Source: an uncultured Ruminococcus sp. (lineage in GTDB: Bacteria; Bacillota; Clostridia; Oscillospirales; Acutalibacteraceae). Taken from it: a stretch of DNA of 64,000 nucleotides. The notes beneath the pieces are model-generated. The model saw only the letters and a program-made list of their open reading frames with translations. It made no database searches and was not told the DNA's origin. Both the position numbers and the translations under genes were made by a program. Position 1 is the first letter of the stretch. Every line of letters starts with the position of its first letter. Positions 1 through 7,781 of the stretch are shown here, one piece after another. Location of the stretch: positions 8,766 through 72,765 of the forward strand of contig CACWVH010000002.1 of assembly GCA_902764235.1 (NCBI GenBank), read 5' to 3'.

Positions 1-1054
1 TTTCCATACCATTATAGGGAACAATATCAGCAAGCTCCATGCAGCCTTCAGTAATAGTACCGGTTTTATCAAGGCACAATACATCTACTCTTGCAAGAGT
101 TTCAATACAATATAATTCCTGAACAAGAACCTTCTGCTGTGATAGTCTGATAACTGCAACCGCAAGAACGGTACTTGTCAGCAGCATAAGTCCTTCCGGG
201 ATAATACTTGTCATTGACGCTACTGTAGACACTACAACCTGCTGAAGTCCGTATGATACTTCACCGAACAGGGTCGGTATCATCTCTGAGGTATCAGAGG
301 CTAAATTGTATTGCCTTAAAAACAGAAGTGCAGAAAGCGGTAGTATTATAAAGGTGAGAAATCTGACAATCGTTTTAAGGGTAATCATTATTTCAGAATT
401 GATCTTTTTAGTATATTTTGCCTCAGCAGATATTTTTGACGCATAGTTATGCTCCGCAACGTGCTCTACTCTTGCAGTACATTTTCCGCTGATTATGTAA
501 CTGCCCGAAAGTATCATATCACCTTTTCGTTTGATAATTGCATCAGATTCACCTGTCAACAGCGATTCATTTACCTCGCATTCCCCACTTATTACAACAG
601 AATCAACCGGTATCTGATTGCCTTGTGAAAACTCTATGATATCATCAAGAACGATTTCCTCAGTTGATAATCGGAGCTTTTTGCCGCTGCGGATAACCGT
701 GGCTTTTGTTTCTGATACTATCGAAAGCTTTTCTATCGCATTTTTTGCTCTTAATTCCTGAATGATTCCGATAATAGTATTAAAAAACATTACTCCGAGA
801 AAAAGCATATCCTTATAAGAGCCCACCAGCAATACAGCAATTCCAAGAAGAATATTCAGAATATTAAACAATGTAACGATATTATCATAAAGTATTCGTT
901 TAACGCTCTTTCCTTTTGGCTGTGTGTTTCTGTTAAAAAGACCTTCACTCTTTCGCTGTGAAACCTGCTGCTCAGATAATCCTGATTCAGCTGTAACGGA
1001 AAATCTTTCGCAGTTAACCAGATCAGTATTATTTTTATTAATTGTATTGTTCAT
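1..1054 (-). CDS. Cation-transporting P-type ATPase (HAD-IC type), N-terminal ~351 codons; 3' part runs off the window
   Basis: Not in the ORF track because it is edge-truncated. My translation of the minus strand from ATG 1054-1052 stays open to position 1. It reads MNNTINKNNTDLV..LLTGESDAIIK..IIPEGLMLL.. and ends in the phosphorylation motif DVLCLDKTGTITEG (85-44). Confidence 0.85.
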   Translation of the reverse strand, partial: MNNTINKNNTDLVNCERFSVTAESGLSEQQVSQRKSEGLFNRNTQPKGKSVKRILYDNIVTLFNILNILLGIAVLLVGSYKDMLFLGVMFFNTIIGIIQELRAKNAIEKLSIVSETKATVIRSGKKLRLSTEEIVLDDIIEFSQGNQIPVDSVVISGECEVNESLLTGESDAIIKRKGDMILSGSYIISGKCTARVEHVAEHNYASKISAEAKYTKKINSEIMITLKTIVRFLTFIILPLSALLFLRQYNLASDTSEMIPTLFGEVSYGLQQVVVSTVASMTSIIPEGLMLLTSTVLAVAVIRLSQQKVLVQELYCIETLARVDVLCLDKTGTITEGCMELADIVPYNGME

Positions 1055-1242
1055 GTTATACTCCAGACAAATTTGAATTTATATCCTGTTAAAATAATTT
1101 TTATTAGCAGATAATAAAATTATATAATTTCAGATTGTGAATGTCAATGTTTTTATTAATAATAATGTCCTGACTTCACACTCAGAATATCTTCAATTAA
1201 TTTCAGGGAATCTGGTCAGAAGTTATTTTTTCAATCTTTATC

Positions 1243-1290
1243 AAAGCAAAAAGCCGGTGAATCTGCTTGTTATCACCGACTTTTTGCTTT
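1243..1290 (-). terminator. Rho-independent terminator downstream of spoVAD
   Basis: Inverted repeat aaagcaaaaagccggtga / tcaccgactttttgcttt (one mismatch) lies about 25 nt after the spoVAD stop. The minus-strand 3' side is T-rich. Confidence 0.6.
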
Positions 1291-1315
1291 TATTCTATAA
1301 TAGAGTATTGTATAA

Positions 1316-2323
1316 TTATCTTCTGATATGAATAAGATGTGAAATTCCCGGTATACTTTCTCCCTGCTGTGAGGAGGTTGGTGACATAAGTGCACCTGTT
1401 GCAGCAAATAAAATATTATTAAGCTCACCGCTTTTTAACTGCTGCATGATCCTTGAGCAAAAAACTGATGCACAGCATCCGCAGCCTGAGCCTCCGGCAT
1501 GAACATCTTGTTTTTCTCTGTCAAATATAAGCATACCGCAATCATTATGCTGACGAGAAATATCGACGCCTTCGTTTTTACATAGTGAAACAAGCAGCTC
1601 AGAGCCTAAAAATCCGAGATCTCCTGTTAATATCAGATCATAATCCTCGGGTTTTGTGGAAGTATCTTCAAAAAAAGATAAAATAGTATCTGCTGCCGCT
1701 GGCGCCATTGCAGCACCCATGTTATTTGCATCCTTTATCTTCATGTCAATAATTTTACCTATTACTGCATCTTCAATTCTGCATGGATTATCACTTGCTG
1801 CAATTATCGCTGCACCAGCACCTGTAACAGTCCATTGTGCAGTCAGATTCCTTTGACCTCCGTATTCGATCGGAAGTCTGAACTGTCTTTCAGCGGAGCA
1901 GAAATGTGAGGAGGTCACTGCAAGCGAATAATTCGCTGCTCCGCTGTCTGTAAGCAAAGCGCTCATTATTATTGACTGAGCCATCGTTGAACAGGCTCCG
2001 TACTGACCGACAAAAGGTATTCCCAGAGAATATAAACCAAATACTGAAGAAATACACTGATTAAGAAGATCTCCGGCAAAAACTACATCAATATTTCCGG
2101 CAGAAAGTCCGGCTTTATCCATAGCTGCACAGGCAGCATTCTTCTGAAGTCGGCTTTCTGCCTTTTCCCAGCTTTTTTCTCCAAGCAGATCATCAGAATA
2201 TACCTCGTCAAAATAATCAGCTAACGGTCCTGAGCTTTCTTTGCTTCCGGCGACACCTGCGGAGCTAACTATACTTACATGATTATCAAATCTTATGGTT
2301 CTTTTTCCTACTCTGTGAGACAT
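1316..2323 (-). CDS. spoVAD: Stage V sporulation protein AD (thiolase-fold)
   Basis: 335-aa ORF. The N-terminus MSHRVGKRTIRFDNHVSIVSSAGVAGSKESSGPL and the overall length and composition match SpoVAD. A GGAGG SD sits 7 nt upstream of the ATG. Confidence 0.88.
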   Translation of the reverse strand: MSHRVGKRTIRFDNHVSIVSSAGVAGSKESSGPLADYFDEVYSDDLLGEKSWEKAESRLQKNAACAAMDKAGLSAGNIDVVFAGDLLNQCISSVFGLYSLGIPFVGQYGACSTMAQSIIMSALLTDSGAANYSLAVTSSHFCSAERQFRLPIEYGGQRNLTAQWTVTGAGAAIIAASDNPCRIEDAVIGKIIDMKIKDANNMGAAMAPAAADTILSFFEDTSTKPEDYDLILTGDLGFLGSELLVSLCKNEGVDISRQHNDCGMLIFDREKQDVHAGGSGCGCCASVFCSRIMQQLKSGELNNILFAATGALMSPTSSQQGESIPGISHLIHIRR

Positions 2324-2331
2324 AAATATTC

Positions 2332-2366
2332 CTCCGGTTTTTTATTATTATATGTAAAAAACCGGA
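2332..2366 (-). terminator. Perfect 12-bp hairpin between the P-loop gene and spoVAD; its 3' arm contains the spoVAD Shine-Dalgarno
   Basis: ctccggtttttt (2332-2343) and aaaaaaccggag (2355-2366) are perfectly complementary with an 11-nt loop. On the minus strand the 3' arm reads AAAAAACCGGAG, followed by GAATATTTATG (the spoVAD start). Confidence 0.55.
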
Positions 2367-2375
2367 GTATATTCT

Positions 2376-3116
2376 TTATTTCATATAATTATATGCTGTT
2401 TCAGCTGCTTCTATGTCCATATTGCATTTTAATTTATATAGCTTTACGGTTTCTGAAAGCTGATTCAGAAGTTGCAGAGTTCTTATCACCTTCTGTGTGT
2501 CAGAAGATCTGAAGCATTGCTGCAAGAGCATAGGGAAAGCCTCTTCCTTTGACAAGGGAGAAACGGAGTTATTTTCTGATCGTTCCAGAACAGCGATAGA
2601 TTTTAGTTTTACACATAAATTATTTCCGAGCCTATGTTTTCCATTATAGGGCGTACCAAAAACAAAAGCCTCTCCGTTTTCAATTCGTATCAATGGCTTA
2701 TCATCATTTACCATAACAGCTTTATCACCAAACAACTGTCTCCAGAGCCTTGTGTGTGTGGATTTTCCTGTTCCGCTTTTTGCAGTAAACAAATATGCTT
2801 CATCTTTGACCGAAACCACGGAACCGTGAAATAGTATGGTATTATACTCTATCATTTTTTCAGCGATCTTTCTGTAAACAGCAAGCTCCTCCAGATAGCC
2901 TTCCGAATAACGCCTCACAGGTCTGTTTTCTATTTTGTCTTCCCTTGCAGATTTTTCTTTCTCATATTCAATATCCTGGGGTGAAATAGTAACGGTAAAA
3001 TCAACTTTACCATCATACTGATAGTCCTTACAATAATTATGAACATCATTATATATAGAATTAATGAGGATTACCTTATCTGCGATCTTATATATATTTT
3101 TCATATTATTTACCAT
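2376..3116 (-). CDS. P-loop protein resembling the HPr-kinase / PEP-carboxykinase-like nucleotide-binding fold; function unknown
   Basis: 246-aa ORF with the Walker-A-like TAKSGTGKSTHTRLW followed by VMVNDDKPLI. Its ATG directly abuts the stop of the upstream lipoprotein gene (TAAATG). Confidence 0.6.
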   Translation of the reverse strand: MVNNMKNIYKIADKVILINSIYNDVHNYCKDYQYDGKVDFTVTISPQDIEYEKEKSAREDKIENRPVRRYSEGYLEELAVYRKIAEKMIEYNTILFHGSVVSVKDEAYLFTAKSGTGKSTHTRLWRQLFGDKAVMVNDDKPLIRIENGEAFVFGTPYNGKHRLGNNLCVKLKSIAVLERSENNSVSPLSKEEAFPMLLQQCFRSSDTQKVIRTLQLLNQLSETVKLYKLKCNMDIEAAETAYNYMK

Positions 3117-3848
3117 TTATATAGCAGGAATAATCGGAGTTTCGTTTTCACCGAGAGGTATTTTTTCAAGTTCTTTTTCAAGTTCAGATTTAGAACTGTC
3201 ACTCTTTGACGGTTCAGACTTGGATGATTCACTTTTTGAGCTTTCCGTTTTTTGCGAGTTATTTTTTGAATTCCCGGATCCTGGTTTTTCATTCTTTGAG
3301 GTTTGCTTATCAACAGAGGATCTTACCGAGGATTCCTGCTTTGATGCTTCACTTTTTGAATTTTGTGACTTTGAAGCTTCACCGGACTTTTCAGAATAAG
3401 ACGGGCTGTCACTTGGTTTTGCAGCGCTTATACTATTCTGACCGTTGTCGGATTTTGATTCTGTACTGATGGATGTTTCAGAATCAGAGCTGCTTTTACT
3501 TATACTATTATCTGCGCTGTTTTTATTGCTGCCTGAAGTTGAACTCTGGTTTGACGATATTGCAGAAGTATCCTCAGAATTATCAATGAGTATCAGTTCT
3601 TCATCATCCTGTGATGTCTGTTCTTCTGCGGAAGATGTCTTTTTTTCTTCAGATGAAGTATCTGATTCTGAGTTATCCTTGTCCGTATTTGTATTGTCCG
3701 TATCACTGCCAGAGGCTTCAACAGTTTTCTCGCTTGTGACTGACGATTCCGATTGTTCCTTTGTATTGTTATTTTTTCCGCAGGCAGTCATAAAAGAAGT
3801 AACCATCAAAGCAGCGATTAACAAGCTTATAATTCTTTTATTTTTCAT
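3117..3848 (-). CDS. Ser/Glu/Lys-rich low-complexity lipoprotein
   Basis: Signal peptide with lipobox (MKNKRIISLLIAALMVTSFMTAC|GK). About 200 aa of S/T/E/D/K low complexity follow, with SKSE-type repeats. Confidence 0.75.
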   Translation of the reverse strand: MKNKRIISLLIAALMVTSFMTACGKNNNTKEQSESSVTSEKTVEASGSDTDNTNTDKDNSESDTSSEEKKTSSAEEQTSQDDEELILIDNSEDTSAISSNQSSTSGSNKNSADNSISKSSSDSETSISTESKSDNGQNSISAAKPSDSPSYSEKSGEASKSQNSKSEASKQESSVRSSVDKQTSKNEKPGSGNSKNNSQKTESSKSESSKSEPSKSDSSKSELEKELEKIPLGENETPIIPAI

Positions 3849-3949
3849 TTCAGATCTTTCCTTTCTTTTTTCTATGGAACGAATGTATTTATAAACACAT
3901 CCTTGGATAATCCCGGTTTATACACAGACTAAATAAGGCTGTAAGGAAA

Positions 3950-4996
3950 TCAGTTTCCATCGTATGTTTTTATTTTATCTTTTGCCTCTGATATTTTCTT
4001 TTCAATATTATCAAAATACCCAAGCTTTTTCATTTTATTGTATATTGTATCTGATAATTCCTCATAATCCATTTCAGCAGTATCTTTTTTATCTACTCTG
4101 ATATAATTATCCTTGAATTGTTTAAGCATAGCCTTATCGAGGTCAGAATCTTTTTCTGTTGCAGCTATTACAATATATTTCCCTCCGCATTCACTTTGTC
4201 TGTCTACAATTGCTTTCTGTGTTTTTATATATTCGTTTACCGAAGAATAATCATTATTTCCAAAGAACACAACGGGAATAAGATTCTTAGGATAATCCAT
4301 GCTTTCAACATGAACCTTTGTACCTGCTTTTATTTTTACTTCTTTTCCTTGATTCGTTCTGATGAAATAATACTTCGTATCATCACTATCTTTAGTAGAA
4401 AACTTAATGCTGCCTGTTACTCCTGATATTGTAGTAAGACCAAGTTTTTCAGTTTCCTGAACAGAATAATTAATTTTTTTATCACCCTCTGTTTTAAATG
4501 AAACAGCTGTTGACTCCGATTTTTCCGGGATGGTAAAATCCTTAGCTATTATAATAGGTTTTATTCCCAATCTCGTAAGGATCGTCAGATAATCTTCATT
4601 TTGGGTGGCATGATTTTCAAAAGAAACTGAAAGCTTGTATTTCTCAAGAGAAGCAGATGTATAAGTTTCAAGATTAAGGTCGTAAAAAAAGTTTTTATCT
4701 AAGTCATTGCTGAGATATGTTTCTAAGCTAAGATTATTTCTTGATGCAATATAATCATCACCAAGAAACACGAATCCATTTATATCTTTTTCTATCTGTT
4801 TCTGAACATCCTCAAGATATGTTGATATCATTTCGGCTCTTTTATGGAGCTTTTCATTTTCCGCTTTATCTTTTTGCTGAAAGGCTGATATTTCCTTTGC
4901 CTGTTCATTATTGTCCCAAACATAGAAAGTACCGAAGCCGACTATTATTAACACCAGTGCAATAACTCCTAAAACCTTTAATCCATTGTTCTGCAT
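3950..4996 (-). CDS. Membrane-anchored hypothetical protein
   Basis: 348-aa ORF with an N-terminal TM helix (VLGVIALVLIIVGFGTFYVW) and an AAGGAGA SD upstream. The motifs FLGDDYI and FFGNNDY are faintly SGNH/GDSL-like, which is speculative. Confidence 0.7.
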   Translation of the reverse strand: MQNNGLKVLGVIALVLIIVGFGTFYVWDNNEQAKEISAFQQKDKAENEKLHKRAEMISTYLEDVQKQIEKDINGFVFLGDDYIASRNNLSLETYLSNDLDKNFFYDLNLETYTSASLEKYKLSVSFENHATQNEDYLTILTRLGIKPIIIAKDFTIPEKSESTAVSFKTEGDKKINYSVQETEKLGLTTISGVTGSIKFSTKDSDDTKYYFIRTNQGKEVKIKAGTKVHVESMDYPKNLIPVVFFGNNDYSSVNEYIKTQKAIVDRQSECGGKYIVIAATEKDSDLDKAMLKQFKDNYIRVDKKDTAEMDYEELSDTIYNKMKKLGYFDNIEKKISEAKDKIKTYDGN

Positions 4997-5025
4997 TTAT
5001 TTATCTCCTTTAATTATGTTATTTT

Positions 5026-5181
5026 TAGCTGATTGTAAAAGTCAAAAAATCATTTGTTTATGCGGATTTTTGTATTTGCAATTATACATTTTTCTCCGTT
5101 TTTCAGAGTTTCTATGGGTTTGGCGAGGTGTACGCCCGCCTGCGGCGGGCAGACTGCCTTTCGCCATTTTACAATCGGCTA
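5026..5181. repeat. Copy D of a dispersed GC-rich intergenic repeat family, bounded by 15-bp inverted repeats (MITE-like)
   Basis: tagctgattgtaaaa (5026-5040) pairs with ttttacaatcggcta (5167-5181), 14/15 complementary. The core acgcccgcctgcggcgggcagactgcc contains the 7-bp GC hairpin gcccgcc-tgc-ggcgggc and resembles ccgcccgccggaggagtgcctcc at 51601. Confidence 0.6.
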
Positions 5182-5374
5182 TTATGTTATTTTAACAGCT
5201 ATATAATTTTGAATTTATTCAGATAATGTAAAATATGATTCCTTGGTAATTGGCTATGTTATCTTTGAATTATTATAAAACAAATCGGATTTAATATCAA
5301 GTAAAATATATTATTTCCTGTATTTTATATAGTTAAATTTAATAAACAGTAATTAATATTTTTGGTATTAATAC

Positions 5375-5403
5375 TTGATTTTTAAAGACTTTTGTTATAA
5401 AAT
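5375..5403 (+). promoter_or_regulatory. Candidate sigma-A type promoter for the PRTase-like gene
   Basis: TTGATT (5375-5380), 17-nt spacer, TAAAAT (5398-5403), about 30 nt upstream of the ATG. Confidence 0.4.
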
Positions 5404-5434
5404 ATGTATATATTATATCAGTCAGAGGTGTATT

Positions 5435-6070
5435 ATGGCTAAAGAATTTAAAATCAGAACAAAAAATCAGGATGTGTTTTTAAGAGTACAAAAAGGTCAT
5501 TTTGCAACAATGCACAGCCATACTAATTATTTTATTGATGTCACAACTCAGAAAATGAGACTATCTGAAGCAAAAGCTGTTGCCCACGAGCTTGTAAGCT
5601 ATTATCAGAGTAATACTATAATCGATACTATTCTTTGTATGGACGGCATGGAGGTTATTGGGACTTGTATCGCAGATGAACTGACAAAGGATAATTATGT
5701 AAATATGAATGCACACAGAACGATTTATCTTCTGACTCCGGAGTTTATTACAGGCGGTCAGCTTATGTTTCGTGACAATGTTCTTCATATGGTCAGCGGA
5801 AAACATGTGTTGATTCTGTCAGCTTCTGTCACTACCGGAAAAAGCGTTCTTTCTGCTATTGATGCAGTTAACTATTACGGCGGAAATGTAGTCGGAGCAT
5901 CCGCTATATTTGCAACTGTTAATGAATGTGACGGTCATCCGGTTTACAGTGTTTTTGATCCTAATGACCTTGGTGATTATCAAAGCTTTAAACCGCACAA
6001 ATGTCCTATGTGTCAGAACGGAGACAAGCTTGAAGCGATAGTAAACAGCTTTGGCTACTCAAAGCTTTGA
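5435..6070 (+). CDS. Phosphoribosyltransferase-fold protein (OPRT-like), specificity unknown
   Basis: PRPP-loop-like HVLILSASVTTGKS and GHFATMHSHTNYFIDV are present. I prefer the start at ATG 5435 (MAKEF), which has an AGAGGTG SD, over the TTG at 5375 used by the ORF track. Confidence 0.7.
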   Translation: MAKEFKIRTKNQDVFLRVQKGHFATMHSHTNYFIDVTTQKMRLSEAKAVAHELVSYYQSNTIIDTILCMDGMEVIGTCIADELTKDNYVNMNAHRTIYLLTPEFITGGQLMFRDNVLHMVSGKHVLILSASVTTGKSVLSAIDAVNYYGGNVVGASAIFATVNECDGHPVYSVFDPNDLGDYQSFKPHKCPMCQNGDKLEAIVNSFGYSKL

Positions 6071-6092
6071 CAAATCTTAATACAATTAACAT

Positions 6093-6139
6093 TTCCTCCG
6101 GGATTTAAAGCCTTTATCGCTTGTAATATCCCGGAGGAA
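6093..6139. terminator. Bidirectional terminator hairpin between convergent genes
   Basis: ttcctccgggat (6093-6104) pairs with atcccggaggaa (6128-6139), followed by gcttttta. Confidence 0.65.
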
Positions 6140-6144
6140 GCTTT

Positions 6145-7020
6145 TTATTCTGTATATTTTGTCTTGAGTCTTTTCAAATAATTAAGGATCAGTATAATAA
6201 CTATTATCAGTATTATAACAATTCCTACTGTATAGTAAATTGCGCTGTTATCTGTTAATTCATCTCTATATTTTTCATAATCAAATTTTTTTACCGGCTT
6301 AGCAGCACCTTCTTCCTTCTGACCTTCATTATCCTTACTTTGTTCATTTTGTTTCGATTCCTGTACTTTACTTGTTTCCTTTATGCTGCTGGATGAGCTT
6401 TTTTCTTTTAATTCACTTTTTGAGGATTCTTTTTTCGTTGATTCCTTTACAGAGGTGCTTTTTTTGCTGTTTTCATTTTTGCTGTTTTCGTAAGATGAAT
6501 TATGTATGACCCCGACGGGTTCATTTTCACTGTCTGAGGATTCGTATGCGGCGAAGATTACAAATTCAGCTTCACTGCCGCATCCGACATCAGTTTTATC
6601 AATATTCAACGCTTCTATAAATTCTGTTTTAAAGTGAAAGTCTTTTTCCTCACTGTATTTTTGTTCAAACCTGAATTTAAGCGTTCTTTCTGTCAGGCTT
6701 TCGTTTTTTACTGCATATATAATATTTATGCAGTTATTATCATTATTATATCTTAGTAATTCGTTCTTTAGCTTATTTTCAATTTCAACTTTTTTGAATG
6801 ATAATTCATCCGGATAAACCAGCTTGAACTGTACTGCTCCAAGTCCGGTTTCATCATGCATGTCCAGATATATATTAAAGCTCTTTCCCGGCTTTATATA
6901 CTCATTCTCGGAATGCAGACTGAATGAAAATGTATTATTTATTGCAGAAGCCTCTGTAAACAAAGAAAGTAATAAGACCAATATTAAAGTAATAATAACA
7001 GCAGGTTTGATAATTTTCAT
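6145..7020 (-). CDS. Secreted cohesin-like beta-sandwich protein with Ser/Glu/Lys linker and C-terminal TM anchor
   Basis: A signal peptide (..LFTEASA|I) is followed by about 140 aa with GKSFNIYLDMHDETGLGAVQFKLVYPDELSF, a cohesin-type pattern. A low-complexity linker and the hydrophobic tail YYTVGIVIILIIVIILILNYL follow. Confidence 0.6.
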   Translation of the reverse strand: MKIIKPAVIITLILVLLLSLFTEASAINNTFSFSLHSENEYIKPGKSFNIYLDMHDETGLGAVQFKLVYPDELSFKKVEIENKLKNELLRYNNDNNCINIIYAVKNESLTERTLKFRFEQKYSEEKDFHFKTEFIEALNIDKTDVGCGSEAEFVIFAAYESSDSENEPVGVIHNSSYENSKNENSKKSTSVKESTKKESSKSELKEKSSSSSIKETSKVQESKQNEQSKDNEGQKEEGAAKPVKKFDYEKYRDELTDNSAIYYTVGIVIILIIVIILILNYLKRLKTKYTE

Positions 7021-7023
7021 AAT

Positions 7024-7776
7024 TTATTTCCTTTCTGTTACAGGGATAATACCGCCGATATCGTAGAGCTTATTCTTTCCAAGGGATATTACTGATATAC
7101 CGTAACAGGCTGCAAAAGCTCTGATATTATTATAATCGGGATGCTTATGAACAGCTCCGCTGAATGCCAGAATATTTTTTGAAATCAGACCGCAGCATCC
7201 ACCAATAAAACCATAGTCATATCCGTACAGATCTATACCCTGATTCCTGACTTTCAGAACATCTATACCTTCCGTCCTGCAAAGTCTGTAAATTGATTCA
7301 TCAGATGTAATCACAGCATTTTCGCTGACGACTGCTGTTGAACATTTCGCATACATCTGTTTTGCATGAAGCAGTCTGATGTTATTTTCAAGACAATAGC
7401 TTTTGATATTCTCATCTGTTTTATCTGTATTACAAATCACAACATTTTTCAGCATACAAGCATTCAGCTTAGGAGCAGACGCAGATATCCCACAGCAGAC
7501 TGATACTTCTCCTCCTATCTCTTCCATATGCTTTTGTAGAGCAATATTGTTTTTATCAAGAATAAACCTGTTCATGCCGAGGTGAAAAAATGACATATCA
7601 GCATGATATTTTTCTGAACCGGTAATATTATTCAGTGCAGCAGGTACGATCACCTTTATGGAATAGTTATTTACAAGCTCTGTGATTAAATCAGGGATAA
7701 GATCTGATACAACAACACTCGTAACTTTTCCAGCCGGAAGATTGGCATGATCCAGAAATTCTTCCATCAATTTCAC
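7024..7776 (-). CDS. Guanidino-modifying-enzyme (pentein) fold-like protein, DUF6873-like
   Basis: 250-aa ORF with KYHADMSFFHLG and C-terminal YGFIGGCCGLIS, resembling the His and Cys motifs of the pentein superfamily. It lies 3 nt upstream of the next gene and 5 nt downstream of the previous one. Confidence 0.5.
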   Translation of the reverse strand: MKLMEEFLDHANLPAGKVTSVVVSDLIPDLITELVNNYSIKVIVPAALNNITGSEKYHADMSFFHLGMNRFILDKNNIALQKHMEEIGGEVSVCCGISASAPKLNACMLKNVVICNTDKTDENIKSYCLENNIRLLHAKQMYAKCSTAVVSENAVITSDESIYRLCRTEGIDVLKVRNQGIDLYGYDYGFIGGCCGLISKNILAFSGAVHKHPDYNNIRAFAACYGISVISLGKNKLYDIGGIIPVTERK

Positions 7777-7781
7777 CCCTG

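Noticed and set aside
1137-1331. 64-aa ORF in the spacer between the P-type ATPase gene and spoVAD
   Set aside because: It has a GTG start without an SD, runs through the spoVAD terminator hairpin and gives an Asn/Leu/Tyr-rich product. It is not credible as a gene.
3117-3848. Nucleotide-level repetitiveness (tcagaNtt / cactttttga motifs) that could suggest a tandem repeat or array
   Set aside because: The repeats are imperfect and in-frame. They encode the Ser/Glu/Lys low-complexity linker of a lipoprotein with an intact signal peptide and lipobox, so this is coding low complexity rather than a non-coding array.
4986-5195. 69-aa ORF (..FLWVWRGVRPPAAGRLPFAILQ..)
   Set aside because: It is simply the translation of repeat copy D (GC-rich hairpin core). 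It has no SD and overlaps the start and leader of the 3950-4996 gene, so it is better explained as a non-coding repeat.
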